A stretch of DNA of 64,000 nt from Candidatus Scatocola faecigallinarum (GTDB taxonomy: Bacteria > Pseudomonadota > Alphaproteobacteria > RF32 > CAG-239), in the NCBI GenBank assembly GCA_018713605.1, contig DVOM01000024.1, positions 7,509 through 71,508 on the forward strand, given 5' to 3'. Below the pieces are notes generated by a model that did not search any database, was not told the origin of the DNA, and was given only the letters and a program-made list of their open reading frames with translations. Below, in pieces: positions 19,220 through 29,223 of this stretch. The position numbers and the translations under genes were made by a program. How positions within the stretch are numbered: the stretch's first letter is position 1; each line of letters begins with the position of its first letter.

Positions 19220-20536
19220 TCAGGCAATGTGTTCAATTATGACCGGTTTGTTTACCGGTTTCTGTTCCGAAACGGTTATGCTGCGTCTGAGATCTGCGGC
19301 GGCCTGTTGCCAGGACGTCTCATCAGCGGCATGAATAACGGCCAGCGGTCTGTGGGCGTCGACGTAATCGCCGATTTGGCAAAAGTCCGTATAGCCGGTC
19401 GAGTAGTCAAGTTTCTGGTCCGGGGTAATGCGGCCGCCTTTGAGGCCGATAATGCTCAGGCCTATGTTCCGGGTCTGCATGGACGCAATCCAGCCGTCCT
19501 TTTCGGCGTACAGCGGTTTAACAACCGGGGCGCGGGGCAGATATCTGTCCGGGTAATCGCAGAAATCGACCGGGCCACCGAGCGCCGCTACCATGCGGGC
19601 AAAAATTTCCAGTGCCCGGCCGGAAGACAATGCCTTTGTCAGTTTGTTCTCCGCTTCGGTTTCGTCTTTTGCCAGCTTGGCGGAAATCAGAAGTTCGGCG
19701 CAAAGCGCCATGGTGACTTTGTGCAGACGCGAATCGACGTCCTGCCCTTTAAGGTAAGCGACGGCTTCGGCGACTTCTACGGCATTGCCGGCGGTGCGGC
19801 CGAGAACCTGATTCATGTCGGTCAGGACGGCGGAGGTTTTGGTTCCGGCGCCGTTGGCGACGGTAACGATGGATTCTGCCAGCCGCCGCGCGTCGTCAAG
19901 ATTATCCATAAAAGCGCCGTTGCCGCATTTGAGGTCCATAACCAGGCAGTTCAGTCCGGCGGCCAGTTTCTTGGACAAGATGGAAGCGGTTATCAGTTCG
20001 ACGGATTCAACTGTGCCGCAGACGTCGCGAATGGCATAAATTTTTTTGTCGGCCGGGGCCAGATTGCCGGTTTGCCCGATAATCGCGCAACCGACTTCGC
20101 GAACGGTTTGGCGGAACCGGTCGTTGTCCGGCGCGGTTTGATAGCCGGGAATGGAATCGAACTTGTCGAGCGTGCCGCCGGTATGTCCGAGCCCGCGGCC
20201 GGAAATCATCGGCACAAAACCGCCGCAGGCCGCAATCATCGGCGCCAGCATCAGGCTGACTTTGTCGCCGACGCCGCCGGAAGAGTGTTTGTCGACGACA
20301 GGCCCGTCAATGTCCGGCCATTGCAGCACGTCGCCGGAATCGCGCATGTTCAGCGTAAGCGCGACGGTTTCGTCTCGGGAAAAGCCGTTCAGAAAAATTG
20401 CCATGGTCAGGGCGGCGGTTTGGGCGTCGGCAATCGAACCGTCGGTTATGCCTTTGACGAAAAAGCCGATTTCTTCGCCGGTCAGCGTTTGGCGGCTGCG
20501 TTTTTTGCGAATGATTTCCTGCGGCAGAAAAGTCAT
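19220..20536 (-). CDS. deoA: Thymidine/pyrimidine-nucleoside phosphorylase
   Basis: 438 aa, DKHSSGGVGDKVSLMLAP ... GRGLGHTGGTLDK. Confidence 0.9.
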   Translation of the reverse strand: MTFLPQEIIRKKRSRQTLTGEEIGFFVKGITDGSIADAQTAALTMAIFLNGFSRDETVALTLNMRDSGDVLQWPDIDGPVVDKHSSGGVGDKVSLMLAPMIAACGGFVPMISGRGLGHTGGTLDKFDSIPGYQTAPDNDRFRQTVREVGCAIIGQTGNLAPADKKIYAIRDVCGTVESVELITASILSKKLAAGLNCLVMDLKCGNGAFMDNLDDARRLAESIVTVANGAGTKTSAVLTDMNQVLGRTAGNAVEVAEAVAYLKGQDVDSRLHKVTMALCAELLISAKLAKDETEAENKLTKALSSGRALEIFARMVAALGGPVDFCDYPDRYLPRAPVVKPLYAEKDGWIASMQTRNIGLSIIGLKGGRITPDQKLDYSTGYTDFCQIGDYVDAHRPLAVIHAADETSWQQAAADLRRSITVSEQKPVNKPVIIEHIA

Positions 20537-20537
20537 A

Positions 20538-21275
20538 TCAGTATCCTCTTTCTATTACTTCTATCAGATTGTCGAGCAGCGAACTGGCGCCGATGCGGAA
20601 GTTGGACGGGCTTATCCATTTCCAGCCCATGATCGCGTTGGCAAGAACCAGATATTTTTTTGCGTCGTCGATGGTTTTGATGCCGCCGCTCGCCTTGAAA
20701 CCGACATTGCGACGGCCGGAGGCGACGGTTTCCAGAATGACGTTGGCGGCTTCCGGCGTTGCCGAAACCGGCGTTTTGCCGGTGGAGGTTTTGATAAAGT
20801 TGGCGCCGTTGTCGATACAGATGCCGGCAGCGCGGGCAATCAGCGCGGCTTTTTCAATAACGCCGGTTTCCAGAATGATTTTGGAAGGATGTTTTTTGCC
20901 GGTAATTTTACTTATCAGGGCAACGAAGTCGGCACAGGTCTGATAATCGCCGGCAAGAAAGTTCCTGTACGGAAAGACGGCGTCGATTTCCACGGCGCCC
21001 TTTTCGAGCGCGTATTCCGTTTCGGCACGGACTTTGCTCAGGTCGCTGCCGCCGTCGGGGAAGTTGACGACCGTGGCAAGTTTGACGCTGGTGCCGTCCA
21101 GCAGGCTTTTGGCCAGCGGCAGAAATTTCGGATATATGCAGACGGCGGCGACGTTGCCGTAGGGTGTCTGGGCTTTGGCGCAGAGCTTTTCAATGCGGCT
21201 TTCGGTGTCGTCGTTGTTCAGCGACGTGAGGTCGAGCAGGCGGACGAGGTGTTTGGCGGCAGTAACGTCATCCAT
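20538..21275 (-). CDS. deoC: Deoxyribose-phosphate aldolase
   Basis: 245 aa, LIDLTSLNNDDT-like N-terminus, FIKTSTGK with the Schiff-base lysine, and KASGGI. Confidence 0.88.
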   Translation of the reverse strand: MDDVTAAKHLVRLLDLTSLNNDDTESRIEKLCAKAQTPYGNVAAVCIYPKFLPLAKSLLDGTSVKLATVVNFPDGGSDLSKVRAETEYALEKGAVEIDAVFPYRNFLAGDYQTCADFVALISKITGKKHPSKIILETGVIEKAALIARAAGICIDNGANFIKTSTGKTPVSATPEAANVILETVASGRRNVGFKASGGIKTIDDAKKYLVLANAIMGWKWISPSNFRIGASSLLDNLIEVIERGY

Positions 21276-21277
21276 GG

Positions 21278-22084
21278 CTAAATCTCCCGAATACAGGTTT
21301 TGACTAAGCGGATAAGGTTTGCGGAGGCCTTTTCGGCTTCACGCAGGGTTTCGGCATGGTTTAACGCGCCTTGTTTCAGGCCGCAGCCCAGATTGACGAT
21401 GACCGAAAAACCGAGAACCCTCATGCCGGAATGAACGGCACAGATAACTTCGGGAACGGTGGACATGCCGACAGCGTCGGCACCGAGAATCCGATAGGCG
21501 CGAACTTCGGCCGGGGTGTCGAAAGTCGGACCGCTGACCATCAGATAGACGCCTTCGGCCAGCGGGATGTTTTCCCGTGCGGCAATTTGTCTGACCCGGG
21601 TGCGGAGTTCCGCGTCATAGGCGTTGCTCATGTCGGGGAAACGGGGGCCGAAGGCGTCGTCGTTGGGACCGACAAGCGGGTTGGCGCCGCTGAGGTTGAT
21701 ATGGTCGGAAATCAACATAATCGTTCCGGCCGGCAGCTCCGCGGTCAGTGAACCGGAGGCATTGGTAACAATCAGGTTTTTTATGCCGAGCAGCTGAAAC
21801 GCCTTGATGAAGGTGTTTATGCTCTGCGGGCTGTGACCCTCGTAAAGATGGACGCGTCCCTGCATGCAAAGTATGTCTTTGCCCTCAAGCCGGCCGATAA
21901 TCAGGCGTCCTTTGTGTCCGCTGACGGTGCTTTGCGGAAAGCCTTCAATTTCGGCATAGGGGATAATGACCGGGTTTTCCACCAGATCGCCGAGCGCTCC
22001 CAGGCCGCTGCCGAGTATGACGGCGGTTTCTGGACTGTAGGCGCCGAGGCGGGCTTTGATTTGAGCGGCAATTTTCTCTATCAT
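21278..22084 (-). CDS. punA: Purine nucleoside phosphorylase (trimeric PunA/XapA type)
   Basis: 268 aa, ILGSGLG ... VSGHKGRLIIG ... MQGRVHLYEGH ... GADAVGMSTVPE. Confidence 0.88.
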   Translation of the reverse strand: MIEKIAAQIKARLGAYSPETAVILGSGLGALGDLVENPVIIPYAEIEGFPQSTVSGHKGRLIIGRLEGKDILCMQGRVHLYEGHSPQSINTFIKAFQLLGIKNLIVTNASGSLTAELPAGTIMLISDHINLSGANPLVGPNDDAFGPRFPDMSNAYDAELRTRVRQIAARENIPLAEGVYLMVSGPTFDTPAEVRAYRILGADAVGMSTVPEVICAVHSGMRVLGFSVIVNLGCGLKQGALNHAETLREAEKASANLIRLVKTCIREI

Positions 22085-22491
22085 TTGGCAAGATCCTTTT
22101 CATCAAAAGCGAAGGGCAGAAGTTCGGCGGCGGTGCAGGTTCTGCGGACCCCGGACGCGTCGGCCAGATGAACCAGCGTCTGCGGCGCGGAAAATTCCTT
22201 TATCCGCTGCCGGCAGGCGCCGCAGGGCGAAATCAGCTCCTTGCCGCTGCCCAAAATCAGAATTTCGGCAATTTCACGGCTGCCGCCGGCAATCATGGCG
22301 GCAATGGCGCCGGTTTCGGCACAGCTGCCGCAGGGATATGACACGTTTTCGACGTTGCATCCGGCGTAAAAACGGCCGTCGCCGCTGAGAACGGCAGCGC
22401 CGACCGCAAACCGCGAATAGGGAGCATAGGCGTTTTTCATTGCCGCGGAGGCGAGTTCAAACAGCTTGGGGATATTATTCATTTCTTGCAT
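22081..22491 (-). CDS. cdd: Cytidine deaminase
   Basis: 136 aa with the zinc motifs CAE and PCGACRQ. Its stop overlaps the punA start (ATGA). Confidence 0.9.
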   Translation of the reverse strand: MQEMNNIPKLFELASAAMKNAYAPYSRFAVGAAVLSGDGRFYAGCNVENVSYPCGSCAETGAIAAMIAGGSREIAEILILGSGKELISPCGACRQRIKEFSAPQTLVHLADASGVRRTCTAAELLPFAFDEKDLAK

Positions 22492-22601
22492 ATTTCCCTT
22501 AAAATGTTTATTAATTAATTTATGTTTTAATACTATATACAGTTTGCGGATTTAGCAAAGATTATTTTAACTTTTTGCATTACCGGCGGGGGAGAAAAGT
22601 T

Positions 22602-25600
22602 TTGAAAAAGGCGGCAATCATTATACTGGCGGTGTTAGTTCTGGCAGTCGGCGGCGTATCGGCCTATGTGGCGATGATTGACTGGAATGAGCACAAGGAC
22701 CAGATTGCCGCGCAGTTTTCGGAAGTGAGCGGCAAACGCGTCGTTTTTGAGGGACCGGTCAGCTTCAAGATTTTTCCGTCGCCGGACCTGACCGCCTCCA
22801 ATATCAAGATTTACAGCCGCGAGGGCGTCAATCAGGACGTGCCGCTGGCGACCATTGACCGGCTGGTGGCCAAACTGTCGCTGTGGCCGCTGCTGAAAGG
22901 CAACTTCGAAGTCAAGATGATGTCGCTGATTGAGCCGAAGATTTTGATGGACGTTGACGACAACGGCCGATTAAACTGGCAGTCGTCGATTACGGAAGAA
23001 CAGAAGCTTAATCTGGACAATGTGGAAATAAAGCTCGACAGCGTGCTGCTGGAAAAAGCGACGCTGAATTTCGTCAATGCCAAGCATGATGTTGACATCA
23101 AGCTGGAGAATCTGAATGCGGAAGTGATTGCACCGAGCATCTTCGGTCCGTACCGTATTGAAGGCAGCTATATCAAGGACAACAATCCGGAAGGCTTCGC
23201 CATGTCGCTGGGACGGTTTTCGGAAAGTTTTGCGACATCGGTCAATTTTGTGCTGAACCATCCTACTTCGGAAACCTTTGTCCGTTTTGACGGTTCGATA
23301 CTGCTGAAGAACGATGCGATTAACGGCAACCTGATTGTCGAATCGAAAAAACCGGTCGACTTCATCAACAAAAACTTCAAAGACGTCAATCTGGGCACGG
23401 CGTATGATTATCCGCTGGCTTTGTCGATGCAGCTGGACACCAATAAAACCAAAGCTTCCCTGTCAAATATCGTTGTGAAGTACGGAACGACGGCCGGTGC
23501 CGGAAATATTCTGATTCCGCTTGCGGAAGAATATGCCGACGAGGACGAGGAACCGTCCCGGCGGCGGGCGGAAATCGGTTTTGAAATGACCGACTTTGAT
23601 TTAACGCCGATTGCGGCGGCGCTGAAAGCCGGTTATGAGAAGTACGGCGCGGAAGGGGCGGCTTATAATCCGCAGCTTAAGTTTGATTTTATTGCCGACT
23701 TGAAATCCATCAACACGACCTATAACGGCCAGACGTTGAAAAACTTCAACCTGAGCGCCGATTATCTGGACAACCAGCTGACTCTCCGTAATCTGAGCGC
23801 GACGCTGCCCGGCGAAACGGAATTTAAGGTTACCGGCGACGTGTTTGCCGACAATGATGAGCTTACCTATTCGCTGCAACCCGAATATACGACCAATGAT
23901 TTGCAGAAACTGCTGGGCTGGCTGGGATATCAGGTTAATCAGGTAACGCAGGCGACCTATAAGCGCAGCACCGGCGACGCAACCGTGGAAGGAACGCTGA
24001 AAACGGTAAAGGTTTCGCCGTACGAAATCAGTGTCGACAAGAGTTCTTTTTCCGGCAATATGGGCATTATTACCGGCGAGAGGCCGAATGTCTTTCTTGA
24101 GGTTAATGCCGACAGCGTTAACTTTGACAATTATATTCCGCCGCTGCCGGCCGAAGAGCAAGGCGGCACCCTTGCCGAAAAAATTAACCGCCGTTTTGCC
24201 AGACTTGGTTTCCTGAATGATTTCGACATGCGGCTTTTCGGTAAAATCGGGCTGGGCATTTATGAGAACATTCCGTTTGAAAATACGCAGTTTGACATGG
24301 ATACGGCGCAGGGCGTGCTGACGGTTTCGAAACTTAATGTCGGGGCAGTGGCCAATGCGGCGGTTGACGTTTCCGGCGTGTTGAAGGGCATGGGACAGTC
24401 GTTGCAGTTTGAAAATCTGAAGTATAGTCTGGAGACCAAGGATTTGGCATCTTTTCTGAACAAATTTACGCTGCCGCTGCCGAATGCCGATTTGAAAAAA
24501 CTCAAAAACTTCAGTTCTAAGGGCATTTTAACCGGCAGTCCGGAACTTATGGCAATGAAGACGGTCTCACGTTTGGAAAACATTGATTTCATTTATGGCG
24601 GGCAGGCCGGAAAGCAGAATGGGCAGTGGGTTTTTGCGGGAGAGGTTGATCTGAAGGCACCGGATTTTGTTCAGCTGGTTAACGATTTTAACTTTAACTA
24701 CAAGCCCAAGGCCTTTTCGCTGGGGATTTTTACGCTGGCGTCCAAAGTTTCGGGAACCGCCGACAAATTCAGGCTTACCGGTCTGAATGCCTTTGTCGGT
24801 TCCAACAATTTTAAAGGCGAGCTGGCTGTTGACCGCAGCCTGGGGCGTCCGAACATTACGGCTCGGATGGACGTTAACAAGTTTGAACTGGAGCGCTTTT
24901 TTTACAATGATGCGCCGAGTCAGGAGAATAAGGTTAATTTCCGCGCCGGCGAAGCCGAGAATGCCGCTTTTGTTGCCCGTCCGTTTTTGGACAAGAGCAA
25001 AATCAATTATGATTTTTACAAAACGTTTGATCTGAACGGAAACTTTAAAATTGCGTCGCTGACATACAAAAACGAGGATTTCAGAAATGCGGCACTGAAC
25101 GGCGTTCTGAAAGACGGGGTGTTGATGCTTGGCAATTTTGCCGCGGATTACAACGGCGGACAGGTTTCGGGCAATGCCGAACTCGGTATGGTCGATGTGC
25201 CGTATCTGAAGGGCGAACTTAATCTGCAAGGGCAGAAAATGGCGGAAAAAAGCTGGAGCGGCAGCGTGTACGGCATAAAATCGGGAATTTTGTCCGCACA
25301 GGCCGCTTTTTATACCGGCGCCGCTTCCGAAGAAGAAATGCTGACCGGTCTGGGCGCAGACATCAGCTATACGGTTGAAGCGCCGGTCGTCAAGGGCTGG
25401 AATTTAAGCGTCGTTGATACAGACCTGAAAAAACGCGACCGTTCGGACGGGCTGGCGGCGCTGGTACAGGAGAATCTGCAAAAAGGCGAAACGGCCTTTG
25501 CGCGCGCTGCCGGCAAAGTTAAAATCGTGAATGCGCAATATACTTTTGAAAACGCGGTCTTTGAGGCGCCGGGCTGGACGGTGTCCATGACCGACAAAGG

Positions 25601-26969
25601 CAGTCTGGACACCTGGGACATGGATGCGGGCTTTACGGTAACTTTTCCCGGCGGCAAGGTCAAACCGTTCGGCTTTGCAATGACCGGTCCGATGATTTCG
25701 CCGGCTCTGACCGTTGACGTCAAGGCGATTACCGATACCTACGACGCTCACTGGGAAAAGGTTGCCGCGGACAAAAAGGCTGCGGAGGATGCCCGCAAGG
25801 CACATCTGAAGGCTCTGATGGACGAGCAGCAGAATTATGCCAAGAACATTCAGCAGCGTTTGTTCAAAGACGTTATTCCGGAACTGGAAGCGCGTCGCAA
25901 AATGACGACGGACGCCGATATTCTGGCTAAATACAAAGAGATTGACGACCGGGTCAAAGAAGTCAGCAAAGGTTTGGACGAGGTTATTGTTCAGGGACTG
26001 GTTCCCGAGTTCGACGAAAGCCTGCCGAAGGCGCTCGGTGAGAAAAATTCGCAGCTGGACGACCGTTCAGCCGGATTTAAAAACGAAATACTCGGCGTTT
26101 ATGAGCAGGACGTTAAAAAGAGAATCAACGGTTTCTACAACAAAATCGTCGACAATTACAACCGCTCGAAAGCGGATGTCAACACTTACCGTGACAACTA
26201 CGGCGTTTTCGGCCGGCGTCTGGCGATGATTAAGACCATGCTGGACATAGAACAGGACGACCGGGTCATCGAAATGAAAAAAGAAATTGAGGACAGGCTG
26301 CTGGCGCTGGACGCGGTCAATACGCAGGTAGTCAAAGACTATATCTTTATGCAGAACAGTCATGATCTCGGGCAGTTGGAAGATTATGCCGCCAAAATTG
26401 CCGGCCTGGAGGTGCAGTCGGCGGAGGATTTGAAACTGCTGAATGAAAAAATCGAAGCGCTGTTCAAGTATTCGGAGGAAATTACGTCGGCAGAAGAAAA
26501 AGCTTATGACGAAAAGCTCAAGCAAGAGGAAATCAAGAAAAAGCTGGAGGAAAACACCGGCAAAATTTCAGGCGCGCGGGGAGAGGACATTACGGTAACG
26601 CGCGATATTGAAGAAATTGAAAAGATGGAAGCCGCCAAGATGAAAGAGGATATTCCGGTTCTGGATTTCAGCGGCAAAACGCCGAGCGGAATCGTCAAGA
26701 AACCGACGATAATTCTGGAAGGCGAAACAGCAGCGGAAACTGACAATGCGACTTCGGGGAGCGTCAGGATATGGCAGAAACTCGAACCGGTCGGGCGAAC
26801 ATTTCCGGAGGTCTTGAAAGCAGAGGAAAACGTTGTTTCGGCGCCGGTCGAAACAACGGAAAAAACGGTTGCGGCAGAGCCGGCGTCTGAGCCCGAAAAG
26901 CCTCTGCTGAAGCAGACTCTGGGCGAAATTTCCAAAGCTTCGGGCAAAATAATCAGGGTAGACGATTAA
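22602..26969 (+). CDS. AsmA-family outer-membrane biogenesis protein with a long C-terminal coiled-coil extension
   Basis: The N-terminal TM anchor is followed by the AsmA signature region IDWNEHKDQIAAQFSEVSGKRVVFEGPVSFKIFPSPDLTASNIKIY. I prefer the TTG at 22602 as start because of the GGGGAG SD; the ORF track starts at TTG 22575. The last ~400 aa are K/E-rich and heptad-like. Confidence 0.75.
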   Translation: MKKAAIIILAVLVLAVGGVSAYVAMIDWNEHKDQIAAQFSEVSGKRVVFEGPVSFKIFPSPDLTASNIKIYSREGVNQDVPLATIDRLVAKLSLWPLLKGNFEVKMMSLIEPKILMDVDDNGRLNWQSSITEEQKLNLDNVEIKLDSVLLEKATLNFVNAKHDVDIKLENLNAEVIAPSIFGPYRIEGSYIKDNNPEGFAMSLGRFSESFATSVNFVLNHPTSETFVRFDGSILLKNDAINGNLIVESKKPVDFINKNFKDVNLGTAYDYPLALSMQLDTNKTKASLSNIVVKYGTTAGAGNILIPLAEEYADEDEEPSRRRAEIGFEMTDFDLTPIAAALKAGYEKYGAEGAAYNPQLKFDFIADLKSINTTYNGQTLKNFNLSADYLDNQLTLRNLSATLPGETEFKVTGDVFADNDELTYSLQPEYTTNDLQKLLGWLGYQVNQVTQATYKRSTGDATVEGTLKTVKVSPYEISVDKSSFSGNMGIITGERPNVFLEVNADSVNFDNYIPPLPAEEQGGTLAEKINRRFARLGFLNDFDMRLFGKIGLGIYENIPFENTQFDMDTAQGVLTVSKLNVGAVANAAVDVSGVLKGMGQSLQFENLKYSLETKDLASFLNKFTLPLPNADLKKLKNFSSKGILTGSPELMAMKTVSRLENIDFIYGGQAGKQNGQWVFAGEVDLKAPDFVQLVNDFNFNYKPKAFSLGIFTLASKVSGTADKFRLTGLNAFVGSNNFKGELAVDRSLGRPNITARMDVNKFELERFFYNDAPSQENKVNFRAGEAENAAFVARPFLDKSKINYDFYKTFDLNGNFKIASLTYKNEDFRNAALNGVLKDGVLMLGNFAADYNGGQVSGNAELGMVDVPYLKGELNLQGQKMAEKSWSGSVYGIKSGILSAQAAFYTGAASEEEMLTGLGADISYTVEAPVVKGWNLSVVDTDLKKRDRSDGLAALVQENLQKGETAFARAAGKVKIVNAQYTFENAVFEAPGWTVSMTDKGSLDTWDMDAGFTVTFPGGKVKPFGFAMTGPMISPALTVDVKAITDTYDAHWEKVAADKKAAEDARKAHLKALMDEQQNYAKNIQQRLFKDVIPELEARRKMTTDADILAKYKEIDDRVKEVSKGLDEVIVQGLVPEFDESLPKALGEKNSQLDDRSAGFKNEILGVYEQDVKKRINGFYNKIVDNYNRSKADVNTYRDNYGVFGRRLAMIKTMLDIEQDDRVIEMKKEIEDRLLALDAVNTQVVKDYIFMQNSHDLGQLEDYAAKIAGLEVQSAEDLKLLNEKIEALFKYSEEITSAEEKAYDEKLKQEEIKKKLEENTGKISGARGEDITVTRDIEEIEKMEAAKMKEDIPVLDFSGKTPSGIVKKPTIILEGETAAETDNATSGSVRIWQKLEPVGRTFPEVLKAEENVVSAPVETTEKTVAAEPASEPEKPLLKQTLGEISKASGKIIRVDD

Positions 26970-27083
26970 AATCAGACTCTTTTGACTTAAGGGTTGTGCA
27001 AGGGTTGTTTTTGGCTTGTCGAATCGTTTTTTTATGATATGATTTTGGGCATTGTGTAACATTATGTATTATTGGAGTTTTAC

Positions 27084-27974
27084 ATGATAAAAAAACCTGA
27101 AGTTTGTATTTTGCCCGTAGCCGGACTTTCAACCAGAAACCTTCCGGCAACAAAAGCTCTTCACAAAGGGTTTCTTACCCTCGACAGTCTGCCGATTATT
27201 CAGTATGCGGTTGATGCCTGTGCGGAAATCGGGGTTAAGGAAATTGTTTTCATCTACAGTGACCAGTCCTGCAAACATTTGTTTGAAACCTATTTCAAAC
27301 CTTATCCGTGGCTGGAAAACCATTTAAAAGAAAAAAACAAGCTTGATCTTCTGAAAGTCATTCAGGACATTATTCCGCACGGCATGAAGTTTTCTTTTGC
27401 CGAGCAGAAGGAACCCAAAGGCAATGGCCATGCCATTCTGATGGCCAGGGAGATCGTCGGCGACCGTGACTTTATCGTAATGTGGCCGGATGACGTATAT
27501 ATCAATATTCACGGCGACGGTATTCTGAAACAGCTGCTTAAAGTTTATGACGAATACGGCGGCATGGTTGAGAATATCATGGAATTTCCGCGCGAACAGA
27601 TGACCCGTTACGGTGCTCTGGTCGGCGCGGTTCGCGACGGCCGGGTCGTTCATGCCAAAGGCCTGGTCGAGAAGCCGAAGCTTGAAGAAGTTCCGTCAAA
27701 CTACGCCAGCATGGGGCCGTATATTCTGCCGAACGTGATTATGGACATTCTGCCTGAGGTCAGCAAAGGTTCCAACGGCGAAATCAATCTGACCGACGCC
27801 ATGAATCTGGCGGCGGCGCGCGGTGTCAAACTCAGCGGCGTTCTTTGTGACGCTATGAGGTTTGACTGCGGCACCAACAAGGATTTGGCATATTCCGACC
27901 TTAAGCTCAAATTGATGCGCAATCCGGAGATGCGGGCTTATGCAAAGGATTTGCTGGATACGATGTTCGTTTAA
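27084..27974 (+). CDS. galU: UTP--glucose-1-phosphate uridylyltransferase
   Basis: PVAGLSTRNLPATKALHKGFL ... EQKEPKGNGHA ... and the VEKP motif. The ATG at 27084 is preceded by GGAG. Confidence 0.85.
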   Translation: MIKKPEVCILPVAGLSTRNLPATKALHKGFLTLDSLPIIQYAVDACAEIGVKEIVFIYSDQSCKHLFETYFKPYPWLENHLKEKNKLDLLKVIQDIIPHGMKFSFAEQKEPKGNGHAILMAREIVGDRDFIVMWPDDVYINIHGDGILKQLLKVYDEYGGMVENIMEFPREQMTRYGALVGAVRDGRVVHAKGLVEKPKLEEVPSNYASMGPYILPNVIMDILPEVSKGSNGEINLTDAMNLAAARGVKLSGVLCDAMRFDCGTNKDLAYSDLKLKLMRNPEMRAYAKDLLDTMFV

Positions 27975-27995
27975 TGCGGAATAACGGAGAGTGAT

Positions 27996-28027
27996 AAAAA
28001 AGACCGGAATTGTCCGGTCTTTTTTTG
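27996..28027. terminator. Bidirectional terminator between galU and atpF
   Basis: AGACCGGA-ATTG-TCCGGTCT flanked by A5 and T7. Confidence 0.85.
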
Positions 28028-28050
28028 TATGAAAATGTTTTTGAAACCGT

Positions 28051-28659
28051 TTACAGTCTGGTTATCAGGCTGATGGAATCGTCAATCAGCTTATTTTGTG
28101 TTTTGGCATCCAAATTTTTGACAATGGCAGCTTTGACCGTTTTGATGGTAAGTTCACTGGTCAAATCGGAAATTTCTCTGGCCGCCTTTTCTTTAGATGC
28201 GGTAATCCGGTCTTCGGCCTCTTTTTCCTTAATTTTCATTTCTTCTTCAAGTTTGGCGAGGTTTTCTTTTTTGAGATATTCGATTTCTTTCTGCGATTTG
28301 TTTAATATTGCCTGTGCTTCCTTATCGGCGTTAAGAAATTTTTTTTCATAATCGGCCAGCAGTTTCTGCGCTTCGTCGCGGAGTTCGGCCGCGTCGTGGA
28401 TGCGTTTGGTTATGTTGTCAATGCGTTTGTTCAGCATTGAGCGAACCAGCCTGCCGACCGGTCCGGCCAGCAGCAGGACGACCAGAACGAAAGCTACGCC
28501 GACCCAGAATTCGGCGCTTTGATAGAAGATTTCCTCGTGACCGTGAAGTTGTTCGGCGGTGTTCTCAATTATGCCGGAAACGTCATCGGCAGCCTGCATA
28601 ACCGCGTTTTGTGCGGCGTCGATGATTTCTTTGCCGGAATTAATGTTTTCGGTGGTCAT
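28051..28659 (-). CDS. atpF: F0F1 ATP synthase subunit b
   Basis: 202 aa with one TM segment and a long charged helix. Last gene of the atpIBEF'F cluster. Confidence 0.8.
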   Translation of the reverse strand: MTTENINSGKEIIDAAQNAVMQAADDVSGIIENTAEQLHGHEEIFYQSAEFWVGVAFVLVVLLLAGPVGRLVRSMLNKRIDNITKRIHDAAELRDEAQKLLADYEKKFLNADKEAQAILNKSQKEIEYLKKENLAKLEEEMKIKEKEAEDRITASKEKAAREISDLTSELTIKTVKAAIVKNLDAKTQNKLIDDSISLITRL

Positions 28660-29147
28660 TTCTGTTCTGCCTCGACGGTTTTTACGGCTTCTTTAAGTTG
28701 TTTGGCGGTAATCGACGTTAAGCCGATTTTGGCAACAACGGCCTGCGCCAGTTCTTCGGACATATCTTTGACTCTGGCCATGGCTTCTTCTTTGCTTTTG
28801 GCGATTTCGGCTTCGCCGGCGGCAATTTTCTTTTGGAGTTTTGCTGCCAGTTCATCCTGTTTGGCCTGCATATAGGCATTCAGCTCAGCCTGAGTAGCGG
28901 CCAGCGACCTGTTGGCTTCGGCAGTTGCTTCGGCCAGGGCGTCCTGATATTTTTTCAGCGACTCTTCGGCTTCCAGCCTGATGTTGTGAGCCTTGTTCAG
29001 ATAGCCGTCAATTTTGCGCTGTCTTTGTTCCAGAATATCGGCAATTCGCGGCACGATGAAACGGGACATGATGAACAGCATGCTGAAAAAGCAGACAATC
29101 AGCCAGAACAGCTGGGAAGTGAATGTCGATGTATCTAACTGAGGCAT
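28656..29147 (-). CDS. atpF2: F0F1 ATP synthase subunit b'
   Basis: 163 aa, MPQLDTSTFTSQLFWLIVCF is a typical b' N-terminus. It overlaps atpF by 4 nt. Confidence 0.8.
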   Translation of the reverse strand: MPQLDTSTFTSQLFWLIVCFFSMLFIMSRFIVPRIADILEQRQRKIDGYLNKAHNIRLEAEESLKKYQDALAEATAEANRSLAATQAELNAYMQAKQDELAAKLQKKIAAGEAEIAKSKEEAMARVKDMSEELAQAVVAKIGLTSITAKQLKEAVKTVEAEQK

Positions 29148-29223
29148 GGTTTATCCTTTACGCAGCCGTCTGTTTCAGAACCGGGAAATTTGTCTGTCCC
29201 GGTTCTGACTAAGACGAAACCTA

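Noticed and set aside
18878-21281. Long plus-strand ORFs (584 aa and 376 aa) across the deo operon
   Set aside because: They lie opposite to deoB, deoA and deoC, all of which have unmistakable family motifs. The plus-strand products are Gly/Ala/Arg-rich with no recognisable domains.
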